From: Eledone cirrhosa
Taxonomy: Eukaryota
Direction: 5' to 3'
Assembly (NCBI GenBank): GCA_964016885.1
Contig: OZ024742.1
Coordinates: forward strand, 232,686,001 to 232,750,000
Length of the DNA: 64,000 bases
Position numbers and translations under genes: made by a program. The notes under the pieces are model-generated. The model saw only the letters and a program-made list of their open reading frames with translations, had not been told where the DNA came from and searched no databases. Shown here piece after piece: positions 38,352 to 49,847 of this stretch. The first letter of the stretch is position 1; the number at the start of each line of letters is the position of its first letter.

Positions 38352-38660
38352 TATATATATATATTTGATCATATGTACAGAGAGTGGTAAAATGCCCTGC
38401 AGCATTTGTCTCAGGTCTCTACACTTAGAATTCAAATCACGTTGAGGTCAAATTTCTGGGGTTGATCTCATCCTTCACCCATCCCCACTCTCTAAATTAA
38501 CTATGTTGCTTTATGTTAAGTTGTGGGGGATCACTTACAGTCCCTTTCTCCAGAGATGAGATGAACAAGTGCCTAACAACATTGTTTCATAAACTAAAAT
38601 GTTAATGAAAGAAATAATTAAAGATTATTCATATTTTTCCTAAAAAAAATTTTTTCTTAC

Positions 38661-38692
38661 CTTTCTCTATTCCATTAGTTTCTATTTTCTGT
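38661..38692 (-). CDS. Novel protein, coding exon 3 (G-QKIETNGIEK)
   Basis: tttcttttaacag acceptor, AG|gtaaga donor, 32 nt, phase 2-1. Confidence 0.78.
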
Positions 38693-39220
38693 CTGTTAAA
38701 AGAAATATGGTGATAAATATGTATTTTGTGCTAACTAGACTATATTTTATTCTTTTTGTTTAATGAATATTTCATGAATTATGCTATCAAGTTTACCATA
38801 TTAAAAACTTTGGGCGTAGCATTGTTGAATGTTTAACAGGTTTGCATTACAGCCATTAGGTCCCAGGTTTGATCTGACTGTGTAGTATCTTATGCAAGTA
38901 TCATTTACCAAGCCTTGTGAATAATTTGGAGGAGATGGAAGCAGTTTGGAAATCTTGATACACAATATGTCTCTTCCTGAGAATTAAATTAAGGGTACAC
39001 ATTTCTGTAGAATACTCAATCACTTACATGAGCAGGGTGTTCTATTGATTAAGCAACTGGAGCACTCCTTGTCAAAACACAAAAGGTCCATCGATTCAAA
39101 AACTATAAGCAACATACATGCTAGCGTGGAAGATGGACGTTAAACGAAGATGATGATGATGATGATTATAAGGAATTGTTTTAATGAGAAAATTGAAGTC
39201 CAATTTAAGAATAGGATGTA

Positions 39221-39573
39221 CAGTGATACCTAGCAGTACAAGTTTAATTTGTTCCATGACCGAGCTCATTTTACGATTTACTCATTTTACAAATCAATTT
39301 TCCTTATTGAAATCAATCAAAATATAAATAATCCGTTCCATCATTTTTTATCGGTTTTAAAACAGAAAAGGGGCAGTTACAAGGAAAATGCTAATTATAA
39401 AAACATAATAAAAGAGAATGCGAAAGAAATATGTAAACTGGTTTTATTAATTGTATCAAACTCGCACATACTGTGGATTTCCACTGGTACTACAAGACAA
39501 AAATTTGCACATGCCTTGGCTCGTACAGCAAATTATGCATACAATGGGACACTCGTACTGCGAGGTTCTACTG
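39221..39573. mobile_element. pogo/Tigger-like non-autonomous element
   Basis: TA-CAGTGATACCTAGCAGTAC.. / ..GTACTGCGAGGTTCTACTG-TA. Confidence 0.75.
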
Positions 39574-40256
39574 TATATAACAATTGAGAGAGCTATTTTG
39601 TTGTTTACACATACATACACACGATTTAGATTCAGTATTTCATACTTTGATAAAAAGTTTAGCAATTCCAATAATGAAGTTGTGGCAAGCTACCATCCTG
39701 TGGCGCAGGGATATTTTCTTCCCATACGTTGTTTGGCTCAGTTCAGCCAATCACTACCAGTGTAGGGAAATGTATCTTGACTTCCGCCCAGAAGGAAACA
39801 TTCTCGCTTCTTTTCGATAAACTTTCTCTTTGCATCGAGACCCCACCAAGGTAACACCTCTTCATTTTGCTCAACAAACTTTCCAAAATGTAGCTAACGA
39901 AATTCTCCACGGCTTACCTTCTTACTTCAGCCACCTGACCGCGTCTAAATTTACAGCATCTTAATTTGTTTTATTTCATTTCTTATGACATGTTCTCACA
40001 GCTAACTCAACTTCTCATCTTTGTAAATAAATTATGTATCAAAAAACGATGTAAAGCCTTATGATAATATTTGCCACAACATTCCCTTAGACTGCTTCTT
40101 TGGTGACTTCTCTGTGAGAATACACAAACAAATATGTACATTCTCAACACACATATATACATATCAATATATCTCTCTCTCTTATTAACCATCCTCTAAA
40201 AAATACTTATTTCTAAAACGTAATAGTAAGAAAATTGAAAAACTTGCCAAACTTAC

Positions 40257-40311
40257 CCAAATGTACTACATTTTACAGAACTATTGGTGTTAGTGGAGGC
40301 AGTCGTAGCTG
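40257..40311 (-). CDS. Novel protein, coding exon 2 (A-ATTASTNTNSSVKCSTF)
   Basis: ttttttactatctcag acceptor (NAGNAG), gtaagt donor, 55 nt, phase 1-2. Confidence 0.8.
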
Positions 40312-40384
40312 CTGAGATAGTAAAAAAGGTTAAAATTAATTTGGAAGGTAATGGAAGTCACATACAGAGCAAAATAGAAAATGC

Positions 40385-40885
40385 GTTAGATAACATCAGA
40401 TGTTGGTGATGTGTTAGATAATATCAGATGCTGGTGATGTGTTAGATAATATTAGATGTTAGTGATGTGTTAGATAACATCAGATGTTGGTGATGTGCTA
40501 GATAATATAAGATGTTGGTGATGTGTTAGATAACATCAGATGTTGGTGATGTGTTAAATAACATCAAATGTTCATGATGTGTTAGATAATATTAGATGTT
40601 AGTTATGTGTTAGATAATATAAGATGTTGGTGATGTGTTAGATAATATTAGATGTTAGTGATGTGTTAGATAACATCAGATGTTGGTGATGTGTTAGATA
40701 ATATTAGATGTTGGTGATGTGTTAGATAACATCAGATGTTGGTGATGTGTTAGATAATATTAGATGTTAGTGATGTGTTAGATAATAACATTAGATGTTG
40801 GTGATGTGTTAGATAACATCAGATGTTAGTGATGTGTTAGATAATAACATTAGATGTTAGTGATGTGTTAGATAACATTAGATGT
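40385..40885. repeat. 28-bp minisatellite, about 18 copies
   Basis: Unit GTTAGATAACATCAGATGTTGGTGATGT. Confidence 0.95.
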
Positions 40886-42150
40886 TTTGTGCCTGGAAGG
40901 AGCACCACAGATGTCCTCTTCTGAGTGAGACAGCTACATAGAAGTTCCTAGCTAAGTGTAAGCAGTTATATCTAGCTTTTGTTGACCTGGAGAAGGCCAT
41001 TGACAGAATTCTACAATCTGTCATCTGGTGGTCCTTTAAGAAACTGGGTGTAGATGAGTGGCTTGTGAGAGCAGGGCAAACCATGTACAGAGGTGTTGCC
41101 AGTAAAGTGAGAATTGGTAAGGAGTTTAGTGAAGAATTCAATGTGCAGTTAGATGTTTTTCAGTTCTCAGTTCTCAGGCCATATTTGTTAACTGAGGAGT
41201 TTACAACGTGCTTTCCATGGAAACGTCTGTATGCTGGTGACCTAGCTCTTATAACTGAATCTCTGGAAGAACTAGAGAAGAAATTCCTACTGTAGTAACA
41301 GAACTTAGCATCAGTAAACTTAACAAAGACCAAAGTTTTAATAAGTAGGAAAGAAGACAGGACTCCAGTTCCATCAGGAAAGTGGCTGTGCTCAATATAT
41401 AGACAAGGAGTCGGTAGATGATGTACACAAATGTAAAACTTGGGTACAAAAATGGTATAGTGGGATTATAGGCAGACTAATAGAAAAGATAAGTTTTTTT
41501 ATGTGGGAGACGCACAAGGCTAGTTAGCTAAAAGAGCCTCAGTGAAATAAGCTTTTCCCAATCCTGGGAAGGTTCCACAAAAGTGGTTGATAGCCTTTGC
41601 TACCTAGGTGATATAATTAGTTGTGGAGGCAGTTGCTCTGAAAACAGTAGTTAGAATAAGAACAGGATGGAAAACGTTCAGGTAGCTACTACTTCTGTTG
41701 ATGGCAAAATGTTCCTCTTTACGAATGAAAGGTTGGCTGTATGATGTCTGTGTGTGAAGTGCAATGCTGAAGGGAGTGAAACATGGGCAGTAAATGCAGA
41801 GGATTTGCAAAAGCTGGAGAGAAATGAAGTGAGGATGCTTTGATGGATGTGTGATTTTAATATGCATAAACGGTGAAGCATGGATGAGCTGAGAGAGACT
41901 GAGTTCAAGAGGAATTTAATGTAGTATGGAAGAGAGAAGACTGTGCTGGAATGGTTATGTGATGCACATGGAAGATGATCATTGAAGAACTACCAGGCAC
42001 TTCCAGTGGAAGGAATCTGCAGCAGAGGAGGACCAGGGAGATGATGCAGGAATACAATGCATGGAGGGAAGCAGTGCTGGAAAATATCCATCGAAATCAT
42101 GCAAGTATGGCAAAAACAGATGTAAAAAAGATGAACGTGGTGGTGGATTA
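40885..42150 (+). mobile_element. Old decayed RTE LINE fragment
   Basis: AFVDLEKA, LGVDEWLVRA, LYAGDLAL remnants. Confidence 0.85.
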
Positions 42151-42403
42151 TTATCTAGTTTTCAGCTGCTCTCAAGTCATGAATAATGCTCCTCACCCCC
42201 ACCATTAACTTTTCAGACCCCCACGACCACAACACACACACTTATTAAATTTTTCTAATTTATCTCCGACGAAATTTTATTTTAAGTGGTAGCATTCCTC
42301 CAATAATTAATCTTCTTAAGACATTAAAAAACATTATACATGATAAAAATGTACATTACTAGAATTCCCACATATTATAAAATAAATAGGATAGGTCTCA
42401 ATA

Positions 42404-43147
42404 TCTATATATATAAAACAGAGAATGTCTGTCTGTCTGTCAGCTCACTAAAACTCGAGAACCACCCAACCGATATTTTTCAAACTTTACACATGTAATA
42501 CTTATGGTCATGTGAGTGTTTTGAGCAAAAATTATTTCAAATTTTCAATGCCCTAGGGACCACATTAGGCGATTTAGTGATCTCTCTCTCTTTTTCTTAG
42601 TCTGTCTTTTTAGATAGCTATAAGGCTGCGCCCTTATTATATCTGTCTGTATGTCTGGCTGTCTGCATTACAACATTATGACGCTATATGTGTGTGTGTG
42701 TGTGTGTATATGTATATATAGTGTGTGTATATATATATAGTGTGTAACGTTTTTTCAAAATATTTACTTCTGTGTTCACAGATTGATTTTTTTAGTTTCA
42801 GAAAATCCCGTTAAGGGTGAAAGCAGCGATTCTTCGTTTAAACTTTAATCTGTTATTTTAATATATATTAAAATAACAGATATATAATTATATATTCGTG
42901 TACAGATATTTTTGCATACACAATAACAAAATATAAACAAACGTTTTTATTTCACAAGGCTCGACAGCAGCAAAAACAACAACAAAAAAGAGAGGGATCG
43001 CAATTGCATGCTTTTGAAAAATCTTAATGGAAAATTATTTGCCTATTCACCCAAGGCGACTTCACTTTTTATTAGTACTTCTGCATCAATTGGTGAACAT
43101 GCCAATCTATGTTTAGAATCCCGAGCATCGCCGGGCCATTCTGCTAG
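42404..43147 (+). mobile_element. Non-autonomous Helitron
   Basis: 5' TCTATATATATAAAA plus (GTCT)n; 3' hairpin CCCGAGCATCGCCGGG then CTAG; sits between A and T. Confidence 0.8.
42794..42844 (+). ncRNA. Decayed copy of the 19127 hammerhead-like motif inside the Helitron
   Basis: AGTTT-CAGAAAA-TCCCgttaaGGGT-GAAA-GCAGCGATTC..AAACT. Confidence 0.5.
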
Positions 43148-43387
43148 TGTAAACTAAATGACTAATTCTGTTTTTTTTTTAAATCAACGGAGACAACCTA
43201 GAAAAATTACTGATTCCTCCTCCCCACTCTTATTCCAACATACCCACTTATTCCACACACACATCCACTATTTGGGACCAGAGAGTATCTTCATTTTCAG
43301 TGTCTCAATAGTTTAGTTGTTTTTTTAATTAAAATAAATACTGTTTCTTCCAATCAAAATCCTACTTAGAAAAGTCTCACAGAAGTT

Positions 43388-43610
43388 TTAACCCTTTAAC
43401 ATTTAAACCGGCCATATCCGGCCAGAATTCTCTCACCGCTTTCTGTTCAAACCAGCTGTAATTGGCAGCTCATACTTATGTTAAGGTATTGTTATATAAA
43501 TAAATAATATCAAAATCTCGTAGATTTGATATTATGTGGGACAATTACCATGAAATTTACCATGAAAACACAATAGTAAATATAGAGTAATGTAAATGCT
43601 AAAGAGTTAA
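43388..43610. mobile_element. TTAA-flanked MITE
   Basis: Same family as 30460, opposite orientation. Confidence 0.85.
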
Positions 43611-44342
43611 ACAATCAGTTATTCTCCATATTCTACATTAATTATAACCTTAAATCTATCCCACATATGTTCTAATCTATTATTTACAATGTACACTCCA
43701 CTATGGCTCCCATTAAAATGGTTACAATTAGAGATATCCCTGAGTATCCATTAACTGAGAGATTTCAAACTGAATGTCTCAAAAGGACCATTACACCCTG
43801 AACGAGAGGCACAGTGGGCTAACGTGAAATGGAGAGGGAGCTGATTTCCACTAGTTATAATGCAATACAGTTGATAAGATTCTATTTATTTGTTTTTTAT
43901 CAAAATGAGTATTATATGATGGTGAGTGGTTTATGTGATTTAGTACAAAATATAGGGGGATATTTTCCGAATCTTTTTCCATTTCAAATTTTCCTTAATT
44001 CCATTTTTACTTGTTATATTCTTTTCATACAGCAATATTATGCAGAAATATCAAGCATTGTACTTAAATCTCTACCTTAGTTACAAAATACAAATTTTCC
44101 CCAAAACATAAATATTCTTCTTTACTTTGATATAGTTGATATTTTTTTTTTTATTATGTTGTTGACCAAAAAATACCAAAAAAGTCCTTATTAATTTCTG
44201 TTTATTTAACAATGTGCTCTCAGACATTTCCTGTGATTTGCTATTAGTTGTCTTTCATGTCATGTACACATTCCACATGTCAATGAGTTGATAAATCTAT
44301 ATTTTCTTATATCATGAAACAAAACAAATTTCCTTATGTTCT

Positions 44343-44417
<75 letters not shown>

Positions 44418-44498
44418 CTGGTGGTGGTGGTGGTGGTGGTGGTTGTGGTGATGGTGGTCGTCGTCGTCGTCCTTCTTCTTCTTCTTCTTCTTCTTCTT
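44343..44498. repeat. Compound trinucleotide microsatellite (TAG)n(GGT)n(TCG)n(TCT)n
   Basis: Direct reading; marks the tail of the adjacent LINE. Confidence 0.95.
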
Positions 44499-44499
44499 T

Positions 44500-45905
44500 G
44501 CCCACTTATTCATGCGAGGGTCGTGGAGGCAGAGTCCTCAAACTTTCCTTTCAGCAGGTCCTGTCAGAAGCAACTGTCTCCAACTGGTCTGGCTGGATTC
44601 ACAAACAAGACCAGCCAAGCTCATGGATGATATCCAACCATCTTGCTCAGGATCTACCCCTGGGTCTCCTGCTGGTTGGTTTTGCCTGTAAAATCTGTCC
44701 TGAGATATTCTAACCACATGCCCATAGTAGCGGCTCTACCTGGAGTGACTCTCTGATCTCCGAGCCATGTACTCTATCAAGTAACATTACTCCAAAGACC
44801 ATTTAGAGGAACCCCATTTTGGCGACTTGTAATCCTGATCATATTCTTTCGATCATTACCCAAGATTCATGACCAGAGGTAAGGGTTGGCATGAATGCTG
44901 AAATGAAGATAATGAGTTTGACTTTTACTCTCCCTTCTTTTAGCTCCCTTCTTTTGATTACCAAATGCTGAAACTGGTGCATTACTGCACTAACTCCTGC
45001 AATTCTTGCACTTAATTCAGCCTCTTGCCTTCCATCACTCATGAACACAGTCCCAAGATACTTGAACTTCTCTGCCTGCTTCAGTGGAACTCCATTCACA
45101 TGTAGAGTTCACTGTACAGGCTTCCTTGAAAGGATGATTGTCTCAGTTTTTGCAGCACTGATTTTCATTCTAGCCATGATGCATTCAGCATCAAACCTAT
45201 CAAGTGCAAGTCGGAGATCATCTTCTGTCAAGTTAAGTAACTCTATGTCATCTGCAAATTCCAATCAACTGATTTGACACCTGCCAGCCATGCTACCATT
45301 TCCATTCAGCTGTGCATGTCAATCCTGTTCATGAAGATTATAACCAGAGAAAATGACAGTATGCACCCTTGGTGAAGTCCGACTTCCACATTGAATGGTT
45401 TTGATTTAACACCATTTATCCAAACACAAATACTAACTCATTCATATAGAGATCAATCCCATACTCCTACAGAATCTTCTACAGCAAGTCCCGAGGATCG
45501 CAGTCATATGTCTTCTCAAGCTCGACAAAACAAGAATATACTTCTTGGCAATATTCCCACTAATTCTCGAATACCTGCCTCAGTGTGAATATTTGGTCGA
45601 CTGTGCTATGTCCGGGGCAAAAACCACACTGTTCATCAGCTAGCTTGGACTCAACAATCTCCCTGCATCTCTTTGCCTGACACTTAGTATAGACTTTACC
45701 GGGGAGGCTTAATAAGGAGATCCCTCTATAATTAGAACAATCTCTCTTGTCTCCCTTTTTGAAAATTGGGATTATCACTCTTGATTGACATTGCTTATGT
45801 GCCTTTCCAGAAATCCAGGGCACCTGGCACACACAAGTCAGCTAGAGAATACCTTCTCTATTTAAGGCTTTTAAAATCTAAGGTCAGATTTCATCTTACC
45901 CAGTG
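44500..45905 (-). mobile_element. Decayed RTE (BovB/Expander-like) LINE
   Basis: PIFKKGD..DCSNYRGISLLSLPGKVY, EQCGF, EKFKYLG, PTLTSGHESW. Confidence 0.88.
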
Positions 45906-46044
45906 GCCCAAATGGAATGTAAGATTGAGATAGTCATTTGACCTGTCTGGCCTCAGAGCATGACAACCTGTCTAACGCATGCAAGCATGGAAAATAGACA
46001 TAAAACAGTAACAATGATGGTGATGGTGGTGGTGGTGGTGGTGG

Positions 46045-46102
<58 letters not shown>

Positions 46103-46491
46103 GTCATTTAATATCTCATAAGAATTTTTTAAATCAATTGAAAAGTATTCGCATATGCATTTGTGTTCTTAGTGGCATCTGGCTTTCTGTTTCCCATTTC
46201 TGACTTAAAATGTTACTGAGCCCAAATGACCCAATCCCCAAACAATTCCCCACTTTATTCTTATCAAAAATAAGAAATTGGTAGGAGCTAGATTGGAAAC
46301 AAAGGTAGAGTGCTGATCAAAATGCTTTGCAGTATTTAGTTATGTCACTTTATATTTTGAGTTCAAATCCTGCTCAGGTTATCTGTGCCTTTCACCATTC
46401 TGGCGTTGGTAAAATAATTAAGAATTATATCCTGGAGTTGATTGTGGCTTCCCTTAAAATGTTTAACCATATGCCAATATAAGAAATTAAT

Positions 46492-46642
46492 TGTTTCTAC
46501 TTTTGGCACAAGGCCAGTAATTATCCCAGTGCATTACTGGTGTTTTAACCTTGGCGGGATTTGAACTGAGACCGTAAAGGGCCGTAGCTCTATGCTGCAA
46601 AGCATAGCGTCTGATCCTCTACTGATACTGCCAATCCACTGC
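46492..46642 (-). mobile_element. tRNA-derived SINE with 18-bp TSD
   Basis: CCAATATAAGAAATTAAT on both sides. Confidence 0.88.
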
Positions 46643-47908
46643 CCAATATAAGAAATTAATATGACATTACTATGATAAATTATGATAGTAATCTATACCT
46701 CATTACTATTGTACTCTGACACCCTTTTACATTCGGTTTCCACACTGCTATGGGTTGGACCGGTTGTCATTGTCTGAGACTAGATAGGTCGGTGTGTCCA
46801 ATCTTGCTCATTATGTTCTATATTTGGCATGGTTTCAATAACTGGATGCCCTTCCTACTAAGCCAGACTGAAAAGGTCTCTCAAGTCCTACATTATCTTC
46901 ATTTGATTGCTAAACACTGTAGCTTCCAGTCTGTCACCATGTTTACAGTGCTTGATAAATATACAGTTTAATTGTTAAACAACAGTTGCATTAACCAAAG
47001 TATTTGCTGGTATTTGCAGTGAAACATGAAAGTTTAAAGAAAAGCATGGCATATTTGAAATCAAAAGTCATGTTATATTATGAATTGGGACAACTGAAGG
47101 TAGTATGTGAAATACTGCTGGGTTATTTATGATCAGATATGATGATTGCAATGATATGGATAATTTTAATTATATAAATAGAGAATAAAACCATGTAATC
47201 AAGCAATGTGTATATATATAGACCCATAACTACTGATGGTGTCATAGGGACACTGTAGTGGGATATACCATATCCTGGGCATTTCAAACCTGGTGGAGTC
47301 CAACCTTCTCCAAGTCTGAACATAGCTGATTTATTCAAGAGAAGAAGAGAGAGAGAGAGCGGGTGATGAAAGGGATATAGAGGAAGAATCGGTCCTAGTA
47401 CAGGACTGCTACTTTTTTATTGACTTTGAAAGGGTGAAAAGCAGAGTTAACCTTTGCAGCTTTTAAACTCAGAGTGTAGAGAGGTTGAACAAATACCAAT
47501 TCACCAAGCACTAAATAAAGTGACTGACCACTTCCATTTTTGTACTTGTCACCATCAAAACCTCGGATGTCCTTGGTTTTCTAACTGCCCATTTCCTTCA
47601 CAAAAACTGGGAGGAGTGCATATTGCTTGAGGAAAAAGGCCTGTGATGTAGAGTGGCTAATGCAGCAGGAGTTGCTCGCTGTTCTCTGTGAGGTGCAGCT
47701 GAGATATACCACCTTGACTGGAGTGTACAACTTGCTGCTCCCTTACTTCTTTCTCTTACTTTCGTTATTTAGTTTTTATTTCTTTTTTCTTTCTTTTTCA
47801 TTTTTTTCTTACTATTGTATTATTTCATTTCCACAAATAATATGACGTTACCACACAAAGAAACAAAATCCCCACAAAAGAATTTGAGTTAATTGAACAC
47901 TAACTTAC

Positions 47909-47963
47909 CCACTGCTGTCCATATTACCAATGAACAAATAAGTCTGCATAAATAGGTTTTCAT
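47909..47963 (-). CDS. Novel protein, coding exon 1 (signal peptide MKTYLCRLICSLVIWTAV)
   Basis: AAAATGA start context, basic then hydrophobic residues, G|gtaagt donor, phase 1 matches exon 2. Confidence 0.8.
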
Positions 47964-48606
47964 TTTACAAATTTTTATCAAACAATGATTTGAGTAAAAC
48001 AATTATCTTCAGTAAAATCTGTGATTTCGATTCTTAGTTGGTTTTCCTTTTTCTTGTTTTTATTCTTTTAGTGAAGAGCAACAGTATTGGTATCACACTG
48101 GTGCAGTTCTCCTCTAGAAATGATTCAGTTCTGTTGTCTTATAATCAAGTTTTCTTTGGGGAAAAATAATAAACAATAAAATGCTGACAACTTGCACGAA
48201 GTGTAATGCAATTTAATTGATTATGGAGCTTTGTATTTATTCATGCGTTCTTGATACCCATAGAGATCGATTATATCATTGATATTCAGAAGGCTTAGAG
48301 GAAGAAGACAATTAAAAGTGTGGTTGATGAAGCATTCTGAAAAGAAATAATGTAAATAAACTGTTCCACTTCAAGAAAGCAAATATTTTATCAATTGAAT
48401 TTGAACTACGCATGAATTCAAATAATTTCGTGATATTAAATACATGTTATACAATTGAACCAAACTATAAGTACAAATCTATATTTTCCTGTTAAACTTG
48501 TAGCAACTTGATTAGCTCGCACATACCTTTATTTAACTAGTCAATAATTATCACGTTAATTCATTTTCTTAACACGGAAAACATACTTATTGTATTATGA
48601 ATAGGT

Positions 48607-48788
48607 GTAAAAGTCAAACTCATTATCTTCAATTCAGCATTCGTACCAACCCTTACCTCTGGTCATGAATCTTGGGTAATGATCGAAAGAATATGATTGT
48701 GATTACAAGTCGCCAAAATGGGGTTCCTCTAAATGCTCTTTGGAGTAATGTTACTTGATAGAGTACATGGCTCGGAGATTAGAGAGTC
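48607..48788 (+). repeat. Inverted duplicate of 44747-44928
   Basis: 182-bp segments align with few mismatches. Confidence 0.9.
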
Positions 48789-49371
48789 TAGTAAATAGTT
48801 GTTTTATTGACACACAGTGTTTCGTGAAAAGGATTTTAACCCCTTACTGTTTCAAATTAACAATACTGTGATATCTCAGTGATACACTTATATCTAATGC
48901 CAGATGTTTCAACTTCTCTTGGATGTTTGTGTCATTTGTGAGATAATATTGTAGTTGGAGTTGTGAGAAGTCGAATGAGTGGTTTGTTTGTCGAATCCAT
49001 GGCAAGTGGGTGTCTCAGTCAGGGCGGATTTATAGCGAGGCAGATGTGGTATTTGCCCTCGGTTCCCCACCAGCTAGGAGCCCTATTAGCAGGATGGGGC
49101 CTAGTAAGATAGATGTGCCCTGGTACTACCAAAAGGGTGCTCCAGATAGGCTTTTTGGTTTTATCTTTTAGACTCACCAGAAGAAAATACTTAATGTCAA
49201 TCCTGTGGTTAATTCACCAAAACTTCTCTACTTTACAAGCATCATCTCGATACCAGAACAATATTTAACAAAAGAATACTTGAAGCAATTCATCAATGTT
49301 TCTCTACTTTAGTAACATCAGATGGTTGTTGTAGAAGGTACAGTTTTATGCATGATTTATAAATATATATA

Positions 49372-49780
49372 TCATCATCATCATCATCGTTTAACGTCCA
49401 TCTTCCATGCTAGCATGGGTTAGATGGGAGTTGTTCCACTTGAGGCAAGATTGATCGGGTGACTATGGCTGGATGCCCTTCCTAACACCAACCACATTTA
49501 CAGTGTGGACTGGGAACTTTTTACCATGTTACCTACACGGCCACATTACAGCGTGGACTATGTGTTTTGTTGTGACACCTACACGATCTCTATCTCATTA
49601 TCTCAATAATTTGGACTAGATGTTGTGGTACCAACTTTACAGAGAAAGGGTGGTGTTAGTGGGAGTGGGAGGATAGGGTAGGGGTAGTGGATTGGGGTGT
49701 ATATTTGGTTAAGAGGTGCCTACTGACTGTAGGTTTCGCTTTGTACATAGGCAAAGCGTGTCTTCTGTATTACTGTGTGG

Positions 49781-49782
<2 letters not shown>
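49372..49782 (-). mobile_element. RTE subfamily B-like 3' UTR
   Basis: Matches 9405-9820. Confidence 0.85.

Positions 49783-49843
<61 letters not shown>

Positions 49844-49847
<4 letters not shown>

Noticed and set aside
40385-40885. CRISPR-like appearance (also 57465 and 31485 arrays)
   Set aside because: Head-to-tail units without unique spacers; eukaryotic context, no cas genes
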